From: a virus
Lineage: Duplodnaviria > Caudoviricetes
Strand: one strand, 5' to 3'
Length of the DNA stretch: 64,000 bases
IMG/VR virus record: IMGVR_UViG_3300005844_000001
Coordinates: 1-64,000 of that record
Shown: positions 1 through 6,644 of the stretch, piece after piece
Numbering within the stretch: the stretch's first letter is position 1
Layout: each line of letters begins with the position of its first letter
The notes under the pieces: model-generated
Told to the model about the DNA's origin: nothing
The model's input: only the letters and a program-made list of their open reading frames with translations
The model's database searches: none
Made by a program: the position numbers and the translations under genes

Positions 1-181
1 CAATCTCCCATTGCATCGTCCCCGCTTGCAAGACGGGGCGATAGAAGCGCGGGTAACGGCTCAAGACTTCCATCCCAATCTTCGCCAGGTAAGCGCAAGC
101 GCGGTGCGGTTCGATATCCGCGTGGCGCTCTTTGAAGAGCCGCTGGACCGTCTCGAATACGTGTTGACGAGCAGAGTTCAT
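1..181 (-). CDS. Hypothetical protein, runs off the window edge
   Basis: Manual translation MNSARQHVFETVQRLF...LQAGTMQWEI; ATGA overlap with upstream ORF. Confidence 0.6.
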   Translation of the reverse strand, partial: MNSARQHVFETVQRLFKERHADIEPHRACAYLAKIGMEVLSRYPRFYRPVLQAGTMQWEI

Positions 182-553
182 TGGCACCTCCGGATTGCGT
201 GGTCGCGGCAATAAGAGTTCATCCGGATACGCTCAACCCAACGAGAATAACTTTCTTGCGATTGCGGTTCTCTAAGCGTCTCTTGAGTCCAGAGAATCTT
301 GTTGCGGAATTCGCCCCGGCAATCTTGACACTCGCATTCTTTGAGAATGTGCGCCGGCACTCTCTGGTAACCATACTCGCTTAGTAATCGTTGGCTTGAG
401 TTCATCGCCCGCCCTCTTTTGCTGCCCATAGAACCGCTTCTTTTTCTTTGCGTCGTCGCTCGTTGTATTGCTCGACCAACTTTGCGTTTACCAAAGCCCG
501 AGTCGACGAGCGCTTGACTCGATAAATAAAACTCCCCGCTTCCAGTTTCTTTT

Positions 554-1021
554 TCATATCCCTGCCTTTAGCTTGAGCTTTTCCAGCGCAGCTCTCGCTT
601 TAACTTTGATTTGCCCTTCCCATTCGGTATCCTGCCGCCCGAGCGTCAAGCCGTGGTAAGCGTCGAGCAAGTCTTTCAGCGCTTGCCAATCTTCGCTCGC
701 TCGCTCGTCTCTCTTGCTTCGTCGCTTGTCGCAATCGCAAGCAACTACGTGCCCGTGTTTGTCGCACCAGTGCGTCGGTCGTTTTGGATGGCAGTCCAGA
801 CTTCCGTTAATCCGATAGTCTTGCGGCAAGTAATCTTCGGTCTCAATCCACTGGCGAATCGCTTTCTGCTTTTCTTCGTCGAAGTAGACTAGCGCCGGCC
901 CTCGGCGGAATAGTAGAGCGTTCCTTCGCTCGTCCGTAATTAGATGCGCGTGGACTAGCAACCGACCGGCTTCATTTGCGGTAAGGTCTCGCACTAGCTT
1001 GTCTCTCGTATTGATACTCAT
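554..1021 (-). CDS. Hypothetical protein
   Basis: 155 aa ORF, ATGA-coupled to both neighbours. Confidence 0.7.
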   Translation of the reverse strand: MSINTRDKLVRDLTANEAGRLLVHAHLITDERRNALLFRRGPALVYFDEEKQKAIRQWIETEDYLPQDYRINGSLDCHPKRPTHWCDKHGHVVACDCDKRRSKRDERASEDWQALKDLLDAYHGLTLGRQDTEWEGQIKVKARAALEKLKLKAGI

Positions 1022-1731
1022 TGTCCAATCCTCCCATTCGCTTTGCCGCTGCCGACTTGATTGAGGCGAATCTGCTGTCCCTTAGCTCGTCCGAAAGCGT
1101 AAGCCGAGTTGCTGACTTGTTGCGCCCGAGCTTTGCGATAAATCAATACTGGAAATTCTTTCTCCACGCGCTTCTCTATCAGAGCATCTTTGTTGACGAC
1201 AATCAACGCCCAGCAACTGGCTTCCTTCGGAGTCAGCTTGGCTTCTTCGCGCTTGTTCACTTCGATGATTCCGTCGCAGAGCCCGCGAAAGACCCCATTC
1301 TTGTTTGCGGCGCAACTGACCATCCCGTTTTTCTCGGCGTGGTAGTAAGTCGAGGGAAAGACTTTCTCCAGATAGGGGAAGAGCTCCCGGCAGATGGCGA
1401 CGTCCGTCGCTTCTCCGATAAAGATAGCTTCCGTGCCGCTGATAATAACTTGAACGCCGAAGCACTGGCGCAGCACGCGATAAATCCACGTATGATAGGG
1501 CTTTTGAGCGCTCGTCTTTATCTGGACGTCGGCGCGGTCGATTTCAATCGACGAGCCAGCAGAGCGCCCGGCCGCCATATCAATCGACGCCAGTTCAATC
1601 CCGTGCTTCATGGCGAGCTCTTTCGCTTTGCCCATCGCCGCTTCCATCTCGCCTTGCGAAGCGTTGCTGTGAGACAGCGCGAGGCACTTGCGAATCTTTT
1701 CAACTACCGCCGAGTTCATTTGATTTGTCAT
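1018..1731 (-). CDS. DUF2786-domain protein
   Basis: N-terminal KIRKCLALS...EMEAAMGKAKELAMKHGI motif and C-terminal AYAFGRAKG typical of the family. Confidence 0.8.
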   Translation of the reverse strand: MTNQMNSAVVEKIRKCLALSHSNASQGEMEAAMGKAKELAMKHGIELASIDMAAGRSAGSSIEIDRADVQIKTSAQKPYHTWIYRVLRQCFGVQVIISGTEAIFIGEATDVAICRELFPYLEKVFPSTYYHAEKNGMVSCAANKNGVFRGLCDGIIEVNKREEAKLTPKEASCWALIVVNKDALIEKRVEKEFPVLIYRKARAQQVSNSAYAFGRAKGQQIRLNQVGSGKANGRIGQ

Positions 1732-1761
1732 AACTTGTTTTTTGTTCGCCCTGTTGAAAGT

Positions 1762-1793
1762 ATATCGTCAGCCCTTAGGGGATACTTTAGCTC
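1762..1793 (-). promoter_or_regulatory. sigma28-like promoter repeat, copy 1 (12-nt spacer)
   Basis: GAGC-TAAAGTAT-CCCCTAAGGGCT-GACGATAT on the minus strand; its TAA is the stop of ORF 1787..1966. Confidence 0.75.
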
Positions 1794-1966
1794 TGTTTCG
1801 ATAGTCGCTTTGCTGCTCGCTCTAGCTGCCGGATATCTGTTGAGAAAGCGACAAGAGATTCACACGGCTGTCCGAGTCTCGGTTCGCAGTTTTGAGTCAC
1901 TACTAGCTTGAACGCGCGGACGAGCGCTCTAGCTTCTTCTTCGCTCAGTTTGAATTTGTTTTTCAT
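1787..1966 (-). CDS. Hypothetical 59 aa cassette protein (not in the ORF track)
   Basis: MKNKFKLSEEEARAL...RLSKQS*; ends in the repeat's TAA. Confidence 0.65.
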   Translation of the reverse strand: MKNKFKLSEEEARALVRAFKLVVTQNCEPRLGQPCESLVAFSTDIRQLERAAKRLSKQS

Positions 1967-2232
1967 ATTTTTGTAATCGTTTGACCGCTGTGGACTCGCA
2001 TCGCGACGCTCGCCTCTTCGATACCCTTAAGCGTCGTCTTTTGGTCCCAACTGCAAATCGTCCGGAGCTTGCGCCCGCAGATTATAATACTTACCCAAGC
2101 ATTAGAACTGCTGAGCGGAGAGTTGTATTGACGAATTCCAGGCAGACTCTCGTCATAAGCCCAACCGAGAGCTTTTAGTCTATCTTCGAACCGGAGCAAG
2201 TCCCGCGAGTTTGTTTGACGTATTTTATTCAT
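1963..2232 (-). CDS. Hypothetical cassette protein (start revised to MNKIRQ)
   Basis: ATG is the last 3 nt of repeat copy 2. Confidence 0.7.
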   Translation of the reverse strand: MNKIRQTNSRDLLRFEDRLKALGWAYDESLPGIRQYNSPLSSSNAWVSIIICGRKLRTICSWDQKTTLKGIEEASVAMRVHSGQTITKI

Positions 2233-2266
2233 ACCAGTATTATCGTCAGCCCTTAGGAATACTTTA
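2230..2266 (-). promoter_or_regulatory. sigma28-like promoter repeat, copy 2
   Basis: TAAAGTAT-N11-GACGATAA-TACTGGT-ATG. Confidence 0.8.
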
Positions 2267-2533
2267 ATCGTTGAATACCACGAGCTCGATACAGCCGTTG
2301 CCTTGGCGGTAGATTGAACGAAACTCGCCCTTGTCAATCAACCGGAAGTCCATCTTGTTGCCGAGCGACGTTGCGATTGCTTCGGGCCATTGACCCGGCT
2401 TCAGACCGATATCGCTTGCGTCAGTCGAGAACTTTCCAGCTTCGTATTCTATCGTATTCGCTTCAGTAGCCCTGGGGCCCAAAGTCGCCATCATCTCTTC
2501 CGCTTGCTCTCTTATTGTCATATTGTTTTTCAT
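2264..2533 (-). CDS. Hypothetical protein downstream of sigma54 module 1
   Basis: 89 aa ORF ending ...LVVFND*; stop inside repeat copy 2. Confidence 0.75.
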   Translation of the reverse strand: MKNNMTIREQAEEMMATLGPRATEANTIEYEAGKFSTDASDIGLKPGQWPEAIATSLGNKMDFRLIDKGEFRSIYRQGNGCIELVVFND

Positions 2534-2544
2534 ACTCTCCTATA

Positions 2545-2660
2545 AGCAAGCTCAATGCCACTACTGTATTATCTATAACTCGTTGAGATTAAGCTAAACC
2601 CTAAATTGAAGATTCCCCTAGTGTCTCGCTACTGGATGGACAGTGTCTCATTTCGAGACG
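2545..2660 (-). promoter_or_regulatory. sigma54 promoter module 1: -24/-12 box (2545-2560), IHF-like site (2576-2588), upstream TGTCTC/GAGAC sites (2622-2660)
   Basis: TGGCATTGAGCTTGCT fits GG-N10-GC; TCTCAACGAGTTA resembles WATCAANNNNTTR; palindrome TGTCTCATTTCGAGACG lies ~90 bp upstream. Confidence 0.75.
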
Positions 2661-2663
2661 CTT

Positions 2664-2939
2664 TCAGAACCCGCGTATCTCTTGCGTCGCCCACTTGCTG
2701 ATGAATTCCAGGTCCAGGAGGACTTGCTTCGTTATCGGGCTCACCGCGGGTTCTGCAGGAACGCTAGCCAGGGCGCGTGAACGCACGCTCGCTTGACGTT
2801 GCTCGACGAGCGCCGGGATTGACGCTAGGTTGGTCGAGACGTAGAGCAGACAAGCGAGAGCCAGCCAGAACGTCTTGAGACTCGCTACCGCTGGCGTCGG
2901 TCCAACTAGCACGTCGAATTCGAAAGCGTCATTGTTCAT
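2664..2939 (-). CDS. Hypothetical membrane protein
   Basis: 91 aa ORF, hydrophobic stretch FWLALACLLYV. Confidence 0.6.
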   Translation of the reverse strand: MNNDAFEFDVLVGPTPAVASLKTFWLALACLLYVSTNLASIPALVEQRQASVRSRALASVPAEPAVSPITKQVLLDLEFISKWATQEIRGF

Positions 2940-3157
2940 AGCCGGTGCTTAGCGACTTTAGCGTAGACTTCGAGAACCCCGTCAAATTTACCGCCGATAG
3001 TTTCTTGCCGGTCGCCGTCTTTGAAGAAGACTCGACAGCCACGACTAGACATCCAAGACCAGACTGGAAAGTTGTAGCGAGCGTCTTCCACGCCGTTGAA
3101 AATCAAGTTCCGCGTAACCGGGTTGCATTCAATATCGACTATTATTATTTCATTCAT
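2936..3157 (-). CDS. Hypothetical cassette protein (start revised to MNEIII)
   Basis: ATG supplied by repeat copy 3. Confidence 0.65.
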   Translation of the reverse strand: MNEIIIVDIECNPVTRNLIFNGVEDARYNFPVWSWMSSRGCRVFFKDGDRQETIGGKFDGVLEVYAKVAKHRL

Positions 3158-3191
3158 ACTAGAGTTATCGTCAGCCCTTAGGGATACTTTA
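3155..3191 (-). promoter_or_regulatory. sigma28-like promoter repeat, copy 3
   Basis: TAAAGTAT-CCCTAAGGGCT-GACGATAA-CTCTAGT-ATG. Confidence 0.8.
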
Positions 3192-3197
3192 GGGGAA

Positions 3198-3557
3198 TTA
3201 TTTCGAAGTTGCAAAAGCCAGAGCTTCAGCCCTTAAGCGAGCTGCGCAAGGGGCGCAATAGCCATGAGAAACGAACGAGCCAAGCGCAATCGACTTGTCC
3301 TTAGTATCGCAAGCGCAACAGAGCCAGAGCATAATCTCTTTGCCCCGACAAGCGGCCTCGCGGACGAGCGCCAGCGCAACGAGCGAGCTAATCGGACCGT
3401 TGTGCTCTCCGGTAATATTGAACCGGCAAGAGTTAAACGACTGGGGACGAATCTCAGTCTTCGTCCCGTCGATATCCCAAATATTGTAGCCGACGCCAGG
3501 AGCGGTCGATTCCAGAGACTTTACCGCCGCCGCAAGTTTGATTGTCATATTCTTCAT
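3198..3557 (-). CDS. Hypothetical cassette protein with Cys/His cluster
   Basis: 119 aa; CCAC...SHGYCAPC; ATG supplied by repeat copy 4. Confidence 0.7.
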   Translation of the reverse strand: MKNMTIKLAAAVKSLESTAPGVGYNIWDIDGTKTEIRPQSFNSCRFNITGEHNGPISSLVALALVREAACRGKEIMLWLCCACDTKDKSIALGSFVSHGYCAPCAARLRAEALAFATSK

Positions 3558-3591
3558 ACCCGAGTTATCGACGCCCTTAGAGAATACTTTA
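3555..3591 (-). promoter_or_regulatory. sigma28-like promoter repeat, copy 4
   Basis: TAAAGTAT-TCTCTAAGGGC-GTCGATAA-CTCGGGT-ATG. Confidence 0.8.
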
Positions 3592-3747
3592 GGGGCGATT
3601 GATATATCCGCTGGGGTTGCGCTTAGCGTCTTCCAGCAAGAGAGCCAGGAGGAACAAAGTATCAGTCTCGCTTTGCGCCATACCGAGCGACTCCGCGCGC
3701 TTCCGGTCAGCGATTAGCGAGTCGATTATTTCATCAAAAGTTCTCAT
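3589..3747 (-). CDS. Hypothetical 52 aa protein (not in the ORF track)
   Basis: MRTFDEIIDSL...YINRP*; stop is the TAA of repeat copy 4. Confidence 0.6.
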   Translation of the reverse strand: MRTFDEIIDSLIADRKRAESLGMAQSETDTLFLLALLLEDAKRNPSGYINRP

Positions 3748-3944
3748 ATCATTCTAGTGTTTGTTCTCGTCGCCCGGAAACAAATCTTCATTGTTGTCGA
3801 TTGCTTCCTGCGCCGGCGTGGGTCGATACTCGTATTGCACTACTCCGCCAAATTGAGTTACTTTTTCGCTTGCCATAATATCGGCAATTTCTTTTACGAG
3901 CTTTTGTTTCTCTTGTCTGGTCATACTTTTTTGAGTTGATTTGT

Positions 3945-4241
3945 TTATAGCTTTGTTAGGTAAGCGTTGACTTTGTAGCAAGACTCGGGCTTGACGTTGA
4001 GCTTTTTGGGCATCATGGCGAGCGCTCGTTCCATCGGAGTTTGCTTTACGTCGAAGTGAATCAAGACCGGCTGGTAAACGAAGACTCCCCGACTACCGGC
4101 GTAGGCGCGCACGTCTTCGATACTTTCGAAGCGAGTTGCCTTCTCGTGGTTGCGCACAGACTTGAATCCAGTCGGCGGAACGTCCACTAAATACACGTTT
4201 TTCTTCTTAAACCAAATTACCCATTTGCTATCAATTTTCAT
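3945..4241 (-). CDS. Hypothetical cassette protein
   Basis: 98 aa; ATG supplied by repeat copy 5. Confidence 0.7.
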   Translation of the reverse strand: MKIDSKWVIWFKKKNVYLVDVPPTGFKSVRNHEKATRFESIEDVRAYAGSRGVFVYQPVLIHFDVKQTPMERALAMMPKKLNVKPESCYKVNAYLTKL

Positions 4242-4280
4242 ACTGGTATATCGACGCCCTGTGGAAATACTTTAGCTCAA
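4239..4280 (-). promoter_or_regulatory. sigma28-like promoter repeat, copy 5
   Basis: TTGAGC-TAAAGTAT-TTCCACAGGGC-GTCGATAT-ACCAGT-ATG. Confidence 0.75.
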
Positions 4281-4523
4281 AGTTTTAGTATCGTCTTTGC
4301 AATCGTTGAAGATTTGCTTTGCGAGCTCTCGACCGTTGAGAGTAAGGACGATTCCGCGGATTGCGTATACCGTTCCGGTGGCGATTGCCAGCTCCATCGC
4401 GACTAAGCTCCGCATCGTCCGAGCGAACCCTTGCCCGCAGGGAGCGTAACCGTAGTTCCCGCCGTCGTTATCCAGCGCCCGTATCAGCATTCTTTTTTGT
4501 TGAAAACTTAATTTGTTTTTCAT
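4272..4523 (-). CDS. Hypothetical cassette protein, winged-helix-like
   Basis: MKNKLSFQQ...TMRSLVAMELA...LTLNGRELA; start and stop both lie inside repeats. Confidence 0.7.
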   Translation of the reverse strand: MKNKLSFQQKRMLIRALDNDGGNYGYAPCGQGFARTMRSLVAMELAIATGTVYAIRGIVLTLNGRELAKQIFNDCKDDTKTLS

Positions 4524-4563
4524 ACCAGTATTATCGTCAGCCATTAGGGATACTTTAGCTCAA
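4521..4563 (-). promoter_or_regulatory. sigma28-like promoter repeat, copy 6
   Basis: TTGAGC-TAAAGTAT-CCCTAATGGCT-GACGATAA-TACTGGT-ATG. Confidence 0.8.
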
Positions 4564-4841
4564 GCTTTGAAATACTTTGCGATATCGGGAAAGTCTCGCT
4601 TGAGCGACGCTACAGCGAGCCGAGCAATCTCATTATCAACTTTGCGAATCTCCGCGCTCATCGTCTTGCAAGTTGCGTCAGCCATAAGCTTAATCGCTAT
4701 GGGCGTGCAACCGTCGTATTTCCCGAAAGACGCTTGCTTGCTCAAAGCGTCTCGAATCGCGCCCGTAGTCCAGCCGGCATTTAGAAGCTCGCCGATTGCT
4801 TTTTGCAGTCTCGCTACCACCGTTTCATTTATCTCGTTCAT
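4560..4841 (-). CDS. Hypothetical cassette protein
   Basis: 93 aa; start and stop (TGA of TTGAGC) both lie inside repeats. Confidence 0.7.
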   Translation of the reverse strand: MNEINETVVARLQKAIGELLNAGWTTGAIRDALSKQASFGKYDGCTPIAIKLMADATCKTMSAEIRKVDNEIARLAVASLKRDFPDIAKYFKA

Positions 4842-4881
4842 ACTAGAGTTATCGTCAGCCCTTAGGGATACTTTAGCTCAA
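4839..4881 (-). promoter_or_regulatory. sigma28-like promoter repeat, copy 7
   Basis: TTGAGC-TAAAGTAT-CCCTAAGGGCT-GACGATAA-CTCTAGT-ATG. Confidence 0.8.
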
Positions 4882-5028
4882 ATCGGGAGCTTCGTATTTC
4901 TCTGGCTCGATTCGCTTGCCGCACGTCTTGCAAACACAAGCTCCTTCGTCAGTTACGTCCATAAACTCGCCGCAACATTCCGGCGGCTCAGCGGGGTCTT
5001 CGGGTGGGTGATTCCAGTATTCGTTCAT
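4873..5028 (-). CDS. Small zinc-ribbon-like protein
   Basis: MNEYWNHPPEDP..ECC..CVCKTCG..APDLS*; stop inside repeat copy 7. Confidence 0.6.
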   Translation of the reverse strand: MNEYWNHPPEDPAEPPECCGEFMDVTDEGACVCKTCGKRIEPEKYEAPDLS

Positions 5029-5270
5029 ATTTTTGTTGTCTTGAGTTGATACGCATACAAGTCGCGCAACGTATAAAACCATTCATTCGGCGCTGCGACC
5101 CGAGCGTAATTGACCATCGGAGTGCATCCGACTTGCAACCGGCCGTTTTCGCCGATACAATCCCGGCTCTCGCGCTTAATCAACGTCCCGTCGCTATTCA
5201 CAAACTGGTCCCAGGGAGTGCCGTTCTCGTCAATCACTCGATTTTGTTTTGTCCACGTATTTCGTTTCAT
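5025..5270 (-). CDS. Hypothetical cassette protein
   Basis: 81 aa; ATG supplied by repeat copy 8. Confidence 0.7.
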   Translation of the reverse strand: MKRNTWTKQNRVIDENGTPWDQFVNSDGTLIKRESRDCIGENGRLQVGCTPMVNYARVAAPNEWFYTLRDLYAYQLKTTKI

Positions 5271-5310
5271 ACCAGTATTATCGTCAGCCCTTAGGGATAC
5301 TTTAGCTCAA
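5268..5310 (-). promoter_or_regulatory. sigma28-like promoter repeat, copy 8 (consensus copy)
   Basis: TTGAGC-TAAAGTAT-CCCTAAGGGCT-GACGATAA-TACTGGT-ATG. Confidence 0.8.
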
Positions 5311-5502
5311 GTTCAAAGGCACCGTATACCAACGCCTTCCGTGTTTGAATTGAGTCCGATATTCCCCGCCTTGCGTTGACGTAAAGTGAGCGACTAGCTC
5401 CCGCGCTTGATTGTCAGTTTGGATAAAGATATCTCGCAATTCTAACGTGAACCATTCGCCGTCTTCTTTGCGTTGCACTCTTCGATATTTGTTCTCGTTC
5501 AT
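5302..5502 (-). CDS. Hypothetical protein downstream of sigma54 module 2
   Basis: 66 aa; ends LS* inside repeat copy 8. Confidence 0.7.
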   Translation of the reverse strand: MNENKYRRVQRKEDGEWFTLELRDIFIQTDNQARELVAHFTSTQGGEYRTQFKHGRRWYTVPLNLS

Positions 5503-5513
5503 ACTCCCCTAAT

Positions 5514-5624
5514 AGCAAGCTCAATGCCACTACTGAATTATCTCTAACTCGTTGCTCTTAAACTAAACCCTAAATCGACTCTTTTCCACTACTGTCTCAA
5601 AAGAGAAAGACAGTGTCTCATTTC
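5514..5624 (-). promoter_or_regulatory. sigma54 promoter module 2: -24/-12 box (5514-5529), IHF-like site (5545-5555), upstream TGTCTC sites (5593-5624)
   Basis: Identical TGGCATTGAGCTTGCT box; CAACGAGTTA and GACAGTGTCTCATTTC are shared with module 1. Confidence 0.75.
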
Positions 5625-5625
5625 T

Positions 5626-6492
5626 TTACAGTCCAGCAACTTTCCGAATCAAGCGAAGCTCTTTCTTCGAAGACTCCGCCGGGTCTTTCGCGTCAATTAC
5701 GATATTCTCCGTTACTCCGGAGAAGCAAGCGAGCAAGTCCGCCAGCTCCCGCGCCCGCGCTTGAGCGTCGCTCGACGAGTCCAGGCAGATGTAGCGTCTC
5801 GGGAAGCTGGCGAGCGTCTTAACTTGCTCGCTCGTCCAGGCGAGCCCAAAGAGCGCTCCAGCGCCGGGACCGATAGCCCAAGCGTCTATCGGGCCCTCGA
5901 CGATTACGACGGCGTGGCGGCACCAATCCGCTCCATAAATGACGTGTTTGAGATTGATACTCGCTTCCGTCTGTGGCGCAGACAAGTATCGTCTCGTCGC
6001 TCGCTCCCCGATTGCGCGAGTTGTCCAGCTGACGCGGACTCGCTTGCTCAATATCGGAATATAGATTCGCCAAGCGAGTCGAGCGTCTATCCCGATTCCC
6101 TCGACTTGCCAGAGGCGCTGAATCTCTTCGGGGTCAAATCCACGACGCTTGAGATAGTCCCGGTGGCAGCGTTGCAACGGGCCGCGCCCTCCCGGTTCTT
6201 TCAATCGCCCAGACCACTCCGCTTTCTCCGGCTCTTTCCCTAGCTCGTAGTCGTGGAGAAACTCTCGGATAGTTGCTGACGAGACTCCGAGCTTGAGCAA
6301 CGTCTCCCAGACCGGGTGCCAGCGACATTTCCAGCAAGCAAAAAACTTGTCGGAGAGATTGAACCCGAGATGGTAATTTTGCGAACCGCAGAAGGGACAA
6401 ACTCTGACTTGCAGCCAGCCGGCCCGGCAATGGTTGTGTCCGGATTCTAAGTATTCAATCCCCGCGCCAGACAATAGCTCCTGGATGGTCAT
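5626..6492 (-). CDS. DnaG-type DNA primase
   Basis: Zn-binding CPFC...CWKC; TOPRIM motif IVEGPIDAW...ICLD. Confidence 0.9.
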   Translation of the reverse strand: MTIQELLSGAGIEYLESGHNHCRAGWLQVRVCPFCGSQNYHLGFNLSDKFFACWKCRWHPVWETLLKLGVSSATIREFLHDYELGKEPEKAEWSGRLKEPGGRGPLQRCHRDYLKRRGFDPEEIQRLWQVEGIGIDARLAWRIYIPILSKRVRVSWTTRAIGERATRRYLSAPQTEASINLKHVIYGADWCRHAVVIVEGPIDAWAIGPGAGALFGLAWTSEQVKTLASFPRRYICLDSSSDAQARARELADLLACFSGVTENIVIDAKDPAESSKKELRLIRKVAGL

Positions 6493-6644
6493 TTCCTAAG
6501 GACGTATTGCTTCATCAGCTTGACGATAGCCTCTTGCATCGTCTGCCCCTTGCGAGCGCAAGCCGCTTTGAATTGGTTCTTGGTATCTATCGGGATACCC
6601 TTGAAAAACAAAACACCTTTGTGGTGCTGCAGTTCAGATTTCAT
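6489..6644 (-). CDS. Small ribbon-helix-helix (Arc/ParG-like) DNA-binding protein
   Basis: MKSELQ...IPIDTKNQFKAACARKGQTMQEAIVKLMKQYV; ATGA-coupled at both ends. Confidence 0.7.
   Translation of the reverse strand: MKSELQHHKGVLFFKGIPIDTKNQFKAACARKGQTMQEAIVKLMKQYVLRK

Noticed and set aside
1963-4544. ORF-track N-terminal extensions containing LRADDN(T/S)(G/S)M as a shared protein motif
   Set aside because: This is the translated promoter repeat; the true starts are the ATG at the repeat end
1762-5310. CRISPR array or integron attC array
   Set aside because: Spacers are 240-888 bp, unequal and protein-coding; no cas or integron integrase; repeats lack attC R-box/hairpin structure
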